A DNA stretch of 64,000 nt, taken from Sedimentisphaerales bacterium. GTDB lineage: Bacteria; Planctomycetota; Phycisphaerae; Sedimentisphaerales; Anaerobacaceae. This document shows positions 1 to 9,251 of this stretch, in pieces. Numbering within the stretch: the stretch's first letter is position 1; each line of letters begins with the position of its first letter. The stretch covers positions 32,001 through 96,000 of the forward strand of contig OY970194.1 of assembly GCA_963708075.1 (NCBI GenBank), read 5' to 3'. Made by a program: the position numbers and the translations under genes. The notes under the pieces were generated by a model, which did not search any database, was not told the origin of the DNA, and was given only the letters and a program-made list of their open reading frames with translations.

Positions 1-1258
1 GGGCGCCATCGAGCCGGGGCCGAGCGTGTTGTATGACGAGCACGTGAAGCGGACGAGCAAATCGCATATCAGCGCCTTCGCCGGCTACCTGATGCCGCTG
101 TGGTATTCTTCCATCGCCGAGGAGCATCGGGCGGTCCGCGAGAGGGCGGGTTTGTTCGATTGCACGCACATGGGGGTGCTGGAGGTGTCGGGAGACGATG
201 CCGCCGCTTTCCTCGACATTGTGACGACAAACCACATCAGCAGCATGAGCATCGGTCGAGCCCGCTATGGCTACATTCTCGATGCGGCCGGCAACGTGCT
301 TGACGACATCATCGTCTATCGCCGGGGCGAGGACAACTTCATGGTCGTCGTCAATGCGGCGAACGAGCCGAAGATCAAATTCTACCTGCATGAGTTGATC
401 GAAGGCAACGCCGTCGTCGATACCGAAGGGTCCGCATGGACCACCAAGCTGCCCGTCTTGCGCGTGGACGTATGGGACATGCGCGATCCAAACCGGCCGG
501 AGGATCGGCGGGCGGACCTCGCACTGCAGGGACCGGCGTCGATAGATACACTTGCGAAGCTGACTGACGATCAATCGGTCGTAGATCGTATCGCCGGCCT
601 GAAGAGCTTTGCATTTGTCGAGGAACAACTGGCCGGAATCGATTGCCTGATCTGCCGGACCGGCTACGCAGGGTCCAACGTCGGATTCGAGCTATTTATC
701 GATCCGGAGGAGGCACCGCGCCTGTGGAACCTGATCCTCGATGCCGGCGGGCCGCTGGGGGTTCTGCCGTGTGGGCTCGGGGCTCGCGACAGCCTTCGAA
801 TAGAGGCGGGCCTGCCACTATACGGGCACGAGCTCGACGGCAAGTTCAACATCTCGCCGTTCGAGGCCGGATACGGCTGGGCCGTCAAGCTGGACAAGGA
901 TTTCTTCATCGGCAAGAAGGCCATGCAGCGCGTCGCCGCAACGTACAGCATGGAAGTGGTGCGGATCGAGTGGCCGGGCACGAAAGGAATCCGCCCCGTT
1001 CGGCAGGATGATGCCGTGCTGAATGAGCGGGGCGAGTGCGTCGGCTGTGTGGTCAGCAGCGCAAAGGTCGAAGACAGGCAGTATTCGCTGGCTTACGTAA
1101 ATCGCAACCTGGCCCGAGAGGGAACGAGGCTGGGTGTTTATTACTTGGCCAGAAGCCCGGCCCAGGTGCAGCAGGGCAGAAGAGAACGTGCGGAGAAGGG
1201 CGAAATACTGGAAGCGGATCTTACCGGCACGGTCTCCGTGCGGTCCCCGAAGTTTTGA
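1..1258 (+). CDS. gcvT: Glycine cleavage system T protein (aminomethyltransferase) domain, 5'-partial
   Basis: Motifs LYDEH, F.GY.MP, GLFD..HMG, LALQGP, RTGY, GLGARDSLR.EAG.PLYG. The frame is open from the window edge (GAIEPGPSVLYDEH), so the true start is outside the window. Followed by gcvH/PA/PB. Confidence 0.93.
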   Translation, partial: GAIEPGPSVLYDEHVKRTSKSHISAFAGYLMPLWYSSIAEEHRAVRERAGLFDCTHMGVLEVSGDDAAAFLDIVTTNHISSMSIGRARYGYILDAAGNVLDDIIVYRRGEDNFMVVVNAANEPKIKFYLHELIEGNAVVDTEGSAWTTKLPVLRVDVWDMRDPNRPEDRRADLALQGPASIDTLAKLTDDQSVVDRIAGLKSFAFVEEQLAGIDCLICRTGYAGSNVGFELFIDPEEAPRLWNLILDAGGPLGVLPCGLGARDSLRIEAGLPLYGHELDGKFNISPFEAGYGWAVKLDKDFFIGKKAMQRVAATYSMEVVRIEWPGTKGIRPVRQDDAVLNERGECVGCVVSSAKVEDRQYSLAYVNRNLAREGTRLGVYYLARSPAQVQQGRRERAEKGEILEADLTGTVSVRSPKF

Positions 1259-1264
1259 TTGGAG

Positions 1265-1654
1265 ATGATGATGGCGGTCAAGGAAGGATTGCGTTACACG
1301 AAGGACCATGAGTGGATCAAGGTCAGTGGCGATACCGGGACGATCGGGATCACGGACTATGCCCAGGAGCAGTTGGGCGAGATCGTGTTCGTCGAGCTGC
1401 CCCAGGTGGGCAAGGAATTCGCCGCGCATAAAGAGATCAGCGTTGTGGAGAGCTCCAAGGCGGCCGGCGACGTGTACTGCCCCGTCGCGGGCAAAGTGAC
1501 GGAGGTGAACTTGCAGCTTGAGAGCAAGCCGGAATTGGTCAATGAGGACTGCTACGGCGCCGGCTGGATCTGCAAACTCAAGATCACCGATAAGAAGACG
1601 CTCGAAAATTTGATGGATCCGAAGCAATACGAGGAGTACCTCCAAACGCTGTGA
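1265..1654 (+). CDS. gcvH: Glycine cleavage system H protein
   Basis: YTKDHEW, GITDYAQEQLG, lipoyl-lysine motif VESSKAAGDVY, PELVNED.YG.GW; exact Met start uncertain. Confidence 0.97.
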   Translation: MMMAVKEGLRYTKDHEWIKVSGDTGTIGITDYAQEQLGEIVFVELPQVGKEFAAHKEISVVESSKAAGDVYCPVAGKVTEVNLQLESKPELVNEDCYGAGWICKLKITDKKTLENLMDPKQYEEYLQTL

Positions 1655-1666
1655 GGGCATTGCACA

Positions 1667-2998
1667 ATGGAATTCATACCCCATACCGCCGAGCAGCGAA
1701 GTCAGATGCTCGACACGATCGGCTTGACGATGGCGGATCTGTTCGGCGACATTCCTCCGAAGCTGATGGCCCGGTCCTTCAACCTGCCGCAGGGCTTGAG
1801 CGAGCAGGAGGTCCGCAACCGGCTGGCCGAGCTGGCGGGGAAGAACTCGACTGACCTGGTCCTGTTCCTGGGCGGCGGATTTTACGATCACTTCATTCCG
1901 GCGGCCGTGTATTCGATCATCTCGCGCAGCGAGTTCTATACGGCCTATACGCCGTATCAGCCGGAGCTGTCCCAGGGGACGCTCCAGGCCATCTACGAGT
2001 TCCAGTCGGCGATGTGCCGGCTCACGGATATGGAGGTGTCGAACGCATCGCTCTACGACGGCGGCACGGCCATGTATGAAGCCATGATGATGGCGCTGCG
2101 AATCACCGGCCGCAACAAGGTCATCATCGACGACAGCGTCAACCCGATCTATCGCGTCATGATTCATTCCTACACGCAGAACCTGCAGATTGACCTGGAG
2201 GAGACACATTGTGCCGACGGCCTGGCGAATCGCGCCGAAATCCTCCAGAAGCTCGATGAAGAGACTGCCGCCGTGATCGTGCAGAATCCGAATTTCTTCG
2301 GCTGCATCGACGACTTCGGTGATATCGCGGAGGCGGCTCACGAAAAGGGCGCACTGCTGCTCGTCTCGTGCTATCCGATCTCGCTGGGGATTCTCAAAAC
2401 GCCCGGCGCCATGGGGGCGGATATCGTCACCGGCGAGGGACAGAGCCTGGGCATCCCGATGTCGTTCGGCGGCCCGTACCTCGGTTTCATGACCGCCCGC
2501 CTGCAGCACGTTCGCAAAATGCCCGGCCGGATCGCGGGGGAAACGAAGGATCGCGAGGGCCGACGGGCCTTCGTCCTGACGCTTCAGGCCCGCGAGCAGC
2601 ATATCCGCCGCGAGAAGGCCACGTCCAACATCTGCTCCAACGAGGCCCTGTGCGCCCTGACGGCGCTGGTGTACCTGTCGCTGCTGGGCAAGGAGGGCCT
2701 GAAGGAGACGGCCCAACGCTGTGCCGATAAGGCGAGCTATGCCTACCACCGGCTGACCGCCATCCCCGGCGTGACGCCGCACTTCCGGGCCAAGTGGTTC
2801 TTCAATGAATTTGTCCTGGACCTGCCGTGCGAGGCGGCCGACGTGATCGCGCGGCTGATCGAAAGGGGGTTCGCCGCGGGCTTTCCGCTCAGCCGTTACT
2901 ACAAGGGCATGGAAAACTCCATACTCATCTGTGTGACCGAGAAGCGAACGAAGCAGGAGATCGGAATGCTGGCGGAGGCCCTGGAGAGTATTCTATGA
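1667..2998 (+). CDS. gcvPA: Glycine dehydrogenase (decarboxylating) subunit 1
   Basis: FLGGG.Y.H, EFYTAYTPYQPELSQGTLQAIYEFQ, REQHIRREKATSNICSN. Confidence 0.97.
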   Translation: MEFIPHTAEQRSQMLDTIGLTMADLFGDIPPKLMARSFNLPQGLSEQEVRNRLAELAGKNSTDLVLFLGGGFYDHFIPAAVYSIISRSEFYTAYTPYQPELSQGTLQAIYEFQSAMCRLTDMEVSNASLYDGGTAMYEAMMMALRITGRNKVIIDDSVNPIYRVMIHSYTQNLQIDLEETHCADGLANRAEILQKLDEETAAVIVQNPNFFGCIDDFGDIAEAAHEKGALLLVSCYPISLGILKTPGAMGADIVTGEGQSLGIPMSFGGPYLGFMTARLQHVRKMPGRIAGETKDREGRRAFVLTLQAREQHIRREKATSNICSNEALCALTALVYLSLLGKEGLKETAQRCADKASYAYHRLTAIPGVTPHFRAKWFFNEFVLDLPCEAADVIARLIERGFAAGFPLSRYYKGMENSILICVTEKRTKQEIGMLAEALESIL

Positions 2999-4452
2999 AG
3001 CTTGTGTTTGAGAAGAGTGTTCCCGGCCGGCGGGGCGTGCTGCCCGCGCCGAGCGACGTGCCAATCGGCATCAACATCCGGGCGGACCTGCTGCGAGAGC
3101 ACAGCGCGGAGCTGCCCGAACTGAGCGAGCTCGATGTCGTGCGGCACTTCACGGAGCTGTCCCGCCGGAACTTCGGCGTTGACACAAATTTCTATCCGCT
3201 TGGCTCGTGCACGATGAAGTACAATCCCAAGGTGAACGAGCGAGTCGCCACGTATCCTGGATTTGCGCATCTGCATCCGCTGCTGCCGCAATTGCGCATG
3301 GGCGGCATGCTCACGCAGGGAGCCCTGGCCATTCTGTACGAGATGGACTTGCTGCTGCGCGAGATCACGGGGATGGATGGGTTCACGATGCAGCCGCTGG
3401 CCGGAGCGCACGGCGAGCTGACGGGCATGATGATCATGGCCGCCTACCACCGGGACAAGGGCAACAAGAAAAGCATCGTGCTTGCCCCGGACAGTGCCCA
3501 CGGCACGAATCCCGCCAGTGCTGCCATTGCAGGCTACCGCGTGGTCTCCATTCCAAGCACCGAAAACGGCGACATGGACATCGACGCCCTCAAAGCCGCG
3601 TTGAACGACGACGTCGCCGGCATCATGCTGACGTGCCCCAGCACTCTGGGCCTGTTCGATCCTCGAATCAAGGAAATTTGCGACCTGGTCCACAGCGTGG
3701 ACGGGCTGACCTACTATGATGGCGCGAATCTGAACGCGATTGTGGGCCTGGCCAGGCCGGGCGACTTCGGCTTCGATATCGTGCACCTGAACCTGCACAA
3801 GACCTTCTCGACACCGCACGGCGGAGGCGGTCCCGGGGCTGGGCCGGTCGGCGTGAAGGAGAAACTCCTGCCGTATCTGCCAATCTCCGTCGTAGTCAAA
3901 CGCGGTGATGGGACCTATGCTCTCGAATACGACCGCCCGAAATCTATCGGTTACATCGCGCCCTTCTACGGCAATTTCGGCATCATCGTGCGCGCGTACA
4001 CCTACATCCTGATGCTCGGCGGCGAAGGCCTGCGGCACGTCGCTGAGACAGCCGTTCTCAACGCCAACTACGTGCGTGCCAGCCTGCGTGAGCACTACAC
4101 GCCCGCCGTGGATCGGGTCTGCAAGCACGAGTGCGTCTTTACGATCAACGGCAAGATGGCCGAGAACGGTGTCCACGCCCTCGACGTCGCCAAGGCCCTG
4201 ATCGACCGAGGCTTCCACCCGCCAACAGTCTACTTCCCGATCACGGTAAAAGAAGCGATCATGATCGAGCCGACCGAGACCGAGAGCAAAGAAACCCTCG
4301 ACGCCTTCGTCGACGCGATGATCGAAATCGCCCAAATAGCAGAAACCGACCCTGAAAAGCTGAAAGCTGCCCCAACAACCACCCCGGTGTCCCGCCCCGA
4401 CGATGTCGCCGCCGTCAAGAGCCTCAACATTGCATCCCTGTGTTTTGACTGA
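2995..4452 (+). CDS. gcvPB: Glycine dehydrogenase (decarboxylating) subunit 2
   Basis: ATGA overlap with gcvPA; YPLGSCTMKYNP, SAHGTNPASA, PLP lysine motif HLNLHKTFSTPHGGGGPG, IEPTETESKETLD. Confidence 0.97.
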   Translation: MKLVFEKSVPGRRGVLPAPSDVPIGINIRADLLREHSAELPELSELDVVRHFTELSRRNFGVDTNFYPLGSCTMKYNPKVNERVATYPGFAHLHPLLPQLRMGGMLTQGALAILYEMDLLLREITGMDGFTMQPLAGAHGELTGMMIMAAYHRDKGNKKSIVLAPDSAHGTNPASAAIAGYRVVSIPSTENGDMDIDALKAALNDDVAGIMLTCPSTLGLFDPRIKEICDLVHSVDGLTYYDGANLNAIVGLARPGDFGFDIVHLNLHKTFSTPHGGGGPGAGPVGVKEKLLPYLPISVVVKRGDGTYALEYDRPKSIGYIAPFYGNFGIIVRAYTYILMLGGEGLRHVAETAVLNANYVRASLREHYTPAVDRVCKHECVFTINGKMAENGVHALDVAKALIDRGFHPPTVYFPITVKEAIMIEPTETESKETLDAFVDAMIEIAQIAETDPEKLKAAPTTTPVSRPDDVAAVKSLNIASLCFD

Positions 4453-4563
4453 GAAAGCTCCTCTCGCGGCCCCAGCGGTCATCTGGCAGTCTTTTCATGG
4501 CATGAACGACACGCGAGCACAGTGTTGAGCCTGAACCCAAGATGGATTCAGGCTGGACGCCCA

Positions 4564-4842
4564 CTATGTGCCTCGCATGGATTTCACTAGCTTGCTGCAT
4601 TCGGAATGAGGACCAACCCAAAACCAGATGATCTCGTCACCTTGCAGGATCCCAAGACTTCGGTAGTTCTTGGATACTCTGGCGGAGAATATCGGCCGGG
4701 TGGAGTGGATTCGCTTGAAGTGCAAACCCGGATGATAGGGATCTTGTTCAAATAAGTGATATGCCTCTCTTACCTGTCTCTTCAGCTCGGCAGGCAGTTG
4801 GTCATAGCTCTTCCAGAACCTGTCTGTGGTTCGCGATTTCAC
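4564..4842 (-). CDS. RelE/ParE-superfamily toxin
   Basis: 92 aa basic protein, F.K.Y..LP...HPGLHFK.I...SARV...YR.LG...WFW.G.H; GTGA overlap with the upstream acidic ORF. Confidence 0.8.
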   Translation of the reverse strand: MKSRTTDRFWKSYDQLPAELKRQVREAYHLFEQDPYHPGLHFKRIHSTRPIFSARVSKNYRSLGILQGDEIIWFWVGPHSECSKLVKSMRGT

Positions 4843-5057
4843 AGGCGACCGAAATCCATTGGTTTGGTCTTCCCGTTCCTGTGTTCCTTAACGGCCTCGT
4901 CAGCAAGTTGATCAAGGGCATCCTCCGACTCCGAGAACTCCTTCTCCCATTTCCTCTCATCCTCAAGCTCTTCAAGCAGCCATTTTGCAAGCGCATTCTG
5001 TTCCACTTCTGGGAGCTTCGATGCCTTCTTGAAGGCTTCCTCTAATAGCTTGGTCAT
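4839..5057 (-). CDS. Putative antitoxin of the RelE/ParE-like pair
   Basis: 72 aa acidic protein MTKLLEEAF...LP..EQNALA..LLEEL.DE..W...F; translationally coupled to the toxin. Confidence 0.78.
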   Translation of the reverse strand: MTKLLEEAFKKASKLPEVEQNALAKWLLEELEDERKWEKEFSESEDALDQLADEAVKEHRNGKTKPMDFGRL

Positions 5058-5099
5058 ATCTGAGTACCTTACACAAAGGGTCGTCCTTTCGTGAATGTG

Positions 5100-5128
5100 A
5101 GGATAACACGATCTGCCCGCCGAGTCAA
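5100..5128 (-). promoter_or_regulatory. Sigma70-type promoter of the TA pair
   Basis: Minus strand TTGACT-N17-TATCCT with extended -10 TG. Confidence 0.6.
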
Positions 5129-5152
5129 TGTCTCGGCGCAGGGTCCGCCCGC

Positions 5153-5248
5153 TCAGAGGCTCTCCTTCGCACCAGCATCCTCTTCGGCAGGGTTGCTTGC
5201 TCGGCAGTCCTTCGCGATGAGATTCGTGTGTTTGTACTTGGCCTTCAT
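5153..5248 (-). pseudogene. Truncated VOC/glyoxalase-family gene remnant (31 aa)
   Basis: GGAG RBS, ATGA overlap with the upstream gene; MKAKYKHTNLIAKD resembles a VOC N-terminus and is followed by unrelated sequence. Confidence 0.5.
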
Positions 5249-6438
5249 TTCTCCCAGGCCCCCTTGCCCGGCCGCAACCACCCGTATTCTTCTGCAATGG
5301 CCTTTACAATCGGGTTGAAGCGGTCCTTCTCGGCATTGGTCATGATGACCCAGCCGCGGTCGTTCGAGACGGCGGCGCCGAAACGGGCGACATAGCCGAG
5401 GTTCCCGCCGCCGTGCCAGAAGCCGCGATTGTTGGGGTCACCGTCCAGGAGTATCCCCATTCCCATCCAGCCGTCGAACTGCGGCTTGAGGAATTCCTCG
5501 GCGATGGCAGGGGAGATCGGGCCGGACGTCTGGCCCGCCTTGGCTTTCTGGACCGCGATAATCAACTTTGCCAGGTCCTGGGGCGTGGTCCACAAACCCG
5601 CAGCGGCTTTTTGAGGATAGACGCCCCAGCGTCCGCCGTAGGCGACGGTCTTTATCAAGCCGTATCCTCTGGCCGTGTTGTCAGTCTCCTGCTCCAGCGG
5701 CGGTTGGTGGAAGTGCGATCGGTTCATCTGGAGCGGCTCCAGCAGCGTCCTGCTCATCGCCATGTCGAAGGGTTCGCCTGTGACATCTTCTACCACCTTC
5801 TGGACGACGCAGTAGCCGCCGCCGGAGTATCGAAACTCCGAGCCGGGAGGATGCGCCACTTTGATCGATCCGAGATAGTTGCCGGTAAGCCAATCCGCCA
5901 GAGTATTTCGCTTGTTCAAGACTTCCAGCAGAGTTCGAGGGGCCTTGGAGTCGCTGTATCCCAGAAATCCATGCGGGACCATACCGGCCCGATGACACAG
6001 CAGCAGCCGAAGCGTGATCGGCTTGTCCGGCCACTTGGAATCCAGGCGCCAGTCCTTGAAATATCCGTTCACGTCCTTGTCGAGGTCGAGTTGGCCGGAC
6101 TCCTTGAGTTTCAGGACGGCCAGTGCCGTCACAGGCTTGCTGATCGAGGCGACTTGGAATTGTGTGTCGGTGTCCACGGGCAGCCGCATGCCGACGTCAC
6201 GCCAGCCGAAGCCTTGGGCCCATACGATTTCGCCGCCGTCGATCACGGCGACCGAGACGCCCGGAATGCCTTCCTTGCGCATCGTGTCTTGTATGACCTG
6301 GCTGATTCGCTGCGTCCGCTCGTCCTGGGTGCCCAAGGCGGCGGAGGCGGGGATAGGTTGCTTCAACGCCCGGCTGACTTGGCAACCGGCGCTCAGAACG
6401 ACAAGAACGGCCAGGAAGGCCGCAAGATGGCTTCTCAT
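5245..6438 (-). CDS. Serine hydrolase, beta-lactamase class C/AmpC-like lipoprotein
   Basis: Lipobox LSAGC; SxxK (ASISK), LL.H.AG, F.YSGGGY, HGGG. Confidence 0.9.
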   Translation of the reverse strand: MRSHLAAFLAVLVVLSAGCQVSRALKQPIPASAALGTQDERTQRISQVIQDTMRKEGIPGVSVAVIDGGEIVWAQGFGWRDVGMRLPVDTDTQFQVASISKPVTALAVLKLKESGQLDLDKDVNGYFKDWRLDSKWPDKPITLRLLLCHRAGMVPHGFLGYSDSKAPRTLLEVLNKRNTLADWLTGNYLGSIKVAHPPGSEFRYSGGGYCVVQKVVEDVTGEPFDMAMSRTLLEPLQMNRSHFHQPPLEQETDNTARGYGLIKTVAYGGRWGVYPQKAAAGLWTTPQDLAKLIIAVQKAKAGQTSGPISPAIAEEFLKPQFDGWMGMGILLDGDPNNRGFWHGGGNLGYVARFGAAVSNDRGWVIMTNAEKDRFNPIVKAIAEEYGWLRPGKGAWEK

Positions 6439-6923
6439 GCTTTCACCAGTGCTTTCGATTTGGCGAGGATTTCGCCGGACCACTGACGGGCTTGTTCGAT
6501 CTCCCCCTCGAGCAGAAGATCGACCTCACCGGATTGCTGTGTTTTGCTTGTCTTGACGAAGAAGGTCCGGGGCCCTGCGATCGGATTGCCGCCCAGCTTT
6601 TGCAGTTGGCGAAGCAGCTTGGGCGAAGCCCTCATCAGCCTCAGCGGCCAGGGCTTGATGGTGGTGTCGAAGGCCGCCACAGATTTGCCCGCCAGAATTC
6701 CCGCCGGCTGAGCGTCGAGAATGGAGCGCACGGCTGGCGGCACATTGAAGCCGTGCGTCGGGCTGCCCACGACCACTATGTCGGCTCCCTCGAAATCCGA
6801 GGCGACAAGCCGGTCGATGCTCACGACACGGGCCTCTCCCGCCTGCCGCATCACGTCAGCAACGGCCTCAGCGATTCTTTTCGTGTTCCCGAACTTGGAA
6901 AAGTAAACGATCAACGTCTTCAT
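6435..6923 (-). CDS. Flavodoxin family protein
   Basis: IVYFSKFGNT..IAEA FMN-binding loop, VVGSPT, AAFDT. Confidence 0.9.
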   Translation of the reverse strand: MKTLIVYFSKFGNTKRIAEAVADVMRQAGEARVVSIDRLVASDFEGADIVVVGSPTHGFNVPPAVRSILDAQPAGILAGKSVAAFDTTIKPWPLRLMRASPKLLRQLQKLGGNPIAGPRTFFVKTSKTQQSGEVDLLLEGEIEQARQWSGEILAKSKALVKA

Positions 6924-6965
6924 CGTCCGCACCTTCAATTCTCGCTCGCCAACCCCACGCCGCGG

Positions 6966-8051
6966 TTATTTGGTGGCCATCACCTCCGGGTAGCGGGCGA
7001 AGGCTTCGATCAGTGCATCAGGCAGGTCTTTCGTTTCCGGCGTGTGTCGGATGCTGTAGTAGATCATCCACCTGTTCACGTCTGCGTCATAATCAGAGAA
7101 ATACGGGTTGAGCACGCCGAGATGCGACACATTGATGCTGATCATTCGGACGGGCGTCTTCGTGCTGAAATCGAGCCCGGCTAGTTGAACCGACCTGATT
7201 TCCGTAGTTCGGTCGGTCTTGTAATGGATCTCCAGCTTCTGGAGATCGTAAACGATGGTCCATTTCGTGGCGTCTCCCTGGCGGACAGCCGCCAGCGTGT
7301 CGAAAGCGTACTGGATTGGCGATTGCTTCGAGTCCTGGGGCTTGTAGGTCTTGAGTCGCTCAGCAGCGATAGCGAACCGGTCCAGCGAATCCCAGGAACC
7401 CTGCTTGATCGGCTTGGACCCGCCGAAACCTTCGTGTTGCTTCAGGTAGGCGAGTGATTCCTCGCAGGTATTGTTCGTGATGAGTTTGTGCGGCAGCGTG
7501 TCACCCGTGTGGCAGACGAGCCTGCCATCGAGGAACTCGACCACGGCCGCATGGCCCTCGCGGTCGCAGACAAAGTAGTGCAGCGGCATCGGCATCGTCG
7601 GCGAGATGCGTATTTGCTTGTCGGTGGCGAGGACCTCGGCCACCGTACGGCAGTTGTCAAGCTGGTACTGTGGCCAGGAGACCAGGCCGGACCGCTCGTC
7701 CGGTTGTGGATGCCGGGTACTATCCAGCCAGAGGGTTTCGACGACCAGCCCTACCTCATTCATGCCGCCGCTCGGCATTTCGCGGCCATACTGATTGAAG
7801 GTGACGCTGCCGTACTTGGAGACCCACTGGGCGGTCTTCTCTGTGGGGTCGAGGACCATCGCCCGCTTGGGCACGCCCTTCTTATTGACGATCAGGAGGC
7901 CTTGGTCGTTGTTCCAGTCGAGGTTCCTGCCCATCAGCAGGGTGCCATCCTGCAAAAAAGCCGTACACGCCCGTGCACTCGGTATCGCCGCCGGAACGGC
8001 GATAACGCACATAATCCCGACAAACCGCTGTAGACCCTTCCACGTTTTCAT
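6966..8051 (-). CDS. Linear amide C-N hydrolase (choloylglycine hydrolase/penicillin V acylase family), secreted
   Basis: Signal peptide ending ARA|CT (N-terminal Cys nucleophile), GRNLDW, GGMNE.GL, TNN, S..RF. Confidence 0.9.
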   Translation of the reverse strand: MKTWKGLQRFVGIMCVIAVPAAIPSARACTAFLQDGTLLMGRNLDWNNDQGLLIVNKKGVPKRAMVLDPTEKTAQWVSKYGSVTFNQYGREMPSGGMNEVGLVVETLWLDSTRHPQPDERSGLVSWPQYQLDNCRTVAEVLATDKQIRISPTMPMPLHYFVCDREGHAAVVEFLDGRLVCHTGDTLPHKLITNNTCEESLAYLKQHEGFGGSKPIKQGSWDSLDRFAIAAERLKTYKPQDSKQSPIQYAFDTLAAVRQGDATKWTIVYDLQKLEIHYKTDRTTEIRSVQLAGLDFSTKTPVRMISINVSHLGVLNPYFSDYDADVNRWMIYYSIRHTPETKDLPDALIEAFARYPEVMATK

Positions 8052-8185
8052 TACTTGTCACTCCTTAATCGCCCATACACTCATACTCAGGATAGAGTAT
8101 CCACTCTAACCAGTGCAATACTATACACTGATGGTCGTGTGTTGAGGAGCTTCATTGCAGGAGGAGCCCGCAGCGAGAGCGAGCC

Positions 8186-8980
8186 CTATCCCTTAACGAT
8201 CTCGATGGCGGCCTGGACGCTGGCGCCTTCGTGCACCATTTTGCTCAGCGCCTGGACCATCATGTCGGGCTTGTCATGCTGGAAGGCGTTTCGGCCGATG
8301 GACAGGCCCGCGGCTCCGGCCTTGAGGGCGCCTTCGGCCATCCGGAAGATGTCCTCGTCGCTGCCCATCTTGGGCCCGCCGGCGATGACCACCGGGACGG
8401 GACAGCCTTGGACGACCTCGGCGAATGTCTCGACACTGCCGGTGTAGGGGACTTTGACGATGTCGGCGCCGAGCTCGGCTCCCGCCCGGGCGGCGAGCTT
8501 GACATTCTTGACGTTGAACTCGTCCTGGATCTTTGTGCCCCGCGTGTACATCATCGCGATCAGCGGCATCTGCCATTCGGAGCACCGCTCGCTGACCAAG
8601 CCGAACTGCCGGAGCATTTCCTTGTCGGTCTCGGCCCCGAGATTGATGTGGATGGAGACGGCGTCGGCCCCGAGCTTGATCGCCTCTTCCACGGTGCAGA
8701 CGAGCTCCTTGGCATTGGGGTCAGGACTCAGCGATGTCCCGGCGGACAGGTGAACGATCAGACCGACGTCTTTGCCGGTGCCCCGATGGCCCGCGCGGAC
8801 CATGCCCTTGTGCATGAGGATGGCGTTGGCCCCGCCGGCGACGACCTTGCTGATCGCCGTGCGCATGTCGGCCAGCCCCGCGATCGGCCCGACCGTGACC
8901 CCGTGGTCCATCGGGATGATGACGGTCCTCTGCGAGTTGCGATCAATGATTCGTTCCAGTCGTATCGCCTTGCCGATCAT
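8186..8980 (-). CDS. 2-amino-3,7-dideoxy-D-threo-hept-6-ulosonate (ADH) synthase, DhnA-type class I aldolase (AroA'-like)
   Basis: [47 protein letters not shown]. Confidence 0.85.
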   Translation of the reverse strand: MIGKAIRLERIIDRNSQRTVIIPMDHGVTVGPIAGLADMRTAISKVVAGGANAILMHKGMVRAGHRGTGKDVGLIVHLSAGTSLSPDPNAKELVCTVEEAIKLGADAVSIHINLGAETDKEMLRQFGLVSERCSEWQMPLIAMMYTRGTKIQDEFNVKNVKLAARAGAELGADIVKVPYTGSVETFAEVVQGCPVPVVIAGGPKMGSDEDIFRMAEGALKAGAAGLSIGRNAFQHDKPDMMVQALSKMVHEGASVQAAIEIVKG

Positions 8981-9074
8981 GGCAAAACCTCCAACGATTA
9001 GTTCCCAAGCTTCAAAGTCAAATCTGCTTTGTATCCGAGGCCGTATCATGTCCGTTTGTTGTGACGGAAGCAAG

Positions 9075-9103
9075 AAAAAAAACGCCCTCGCGGCGCCTCA
9101 GGG
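9075..9103 (-). terminator. Intrinsic terminator/attenuator in the leader of the ADH synthase gene
   Basis: Minus strand GGCGCC-GCGAG-GGCGTT followed by a T run, ~95 nt before the start codon; alternative pairing CCCT/AGGG is possible. Confidence 0.6.
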
Positions 9104-9251
9104 TTCCTTGTTCACCTTCTTGACCGCCTTCGTGTCTCGAGCTACACTCAATACTCCTGGAGAAGAGCTGCCGGACGTAGGATAGGCCCCAGGTCATGAT
9201 TAGATGAGCGTGCCTGCGGTTGCCATGTTGAATGCAGGCGGAGATGTGCCC

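Noticed and set aside
818..4482. Long antisense ORFs (818-2782, 2899-4482) and similar ones opposite mgtA, ptsP and others
   Set aside because: Shadow frames of well-conserved genes in GC-rich DNA, with no motifs of their own
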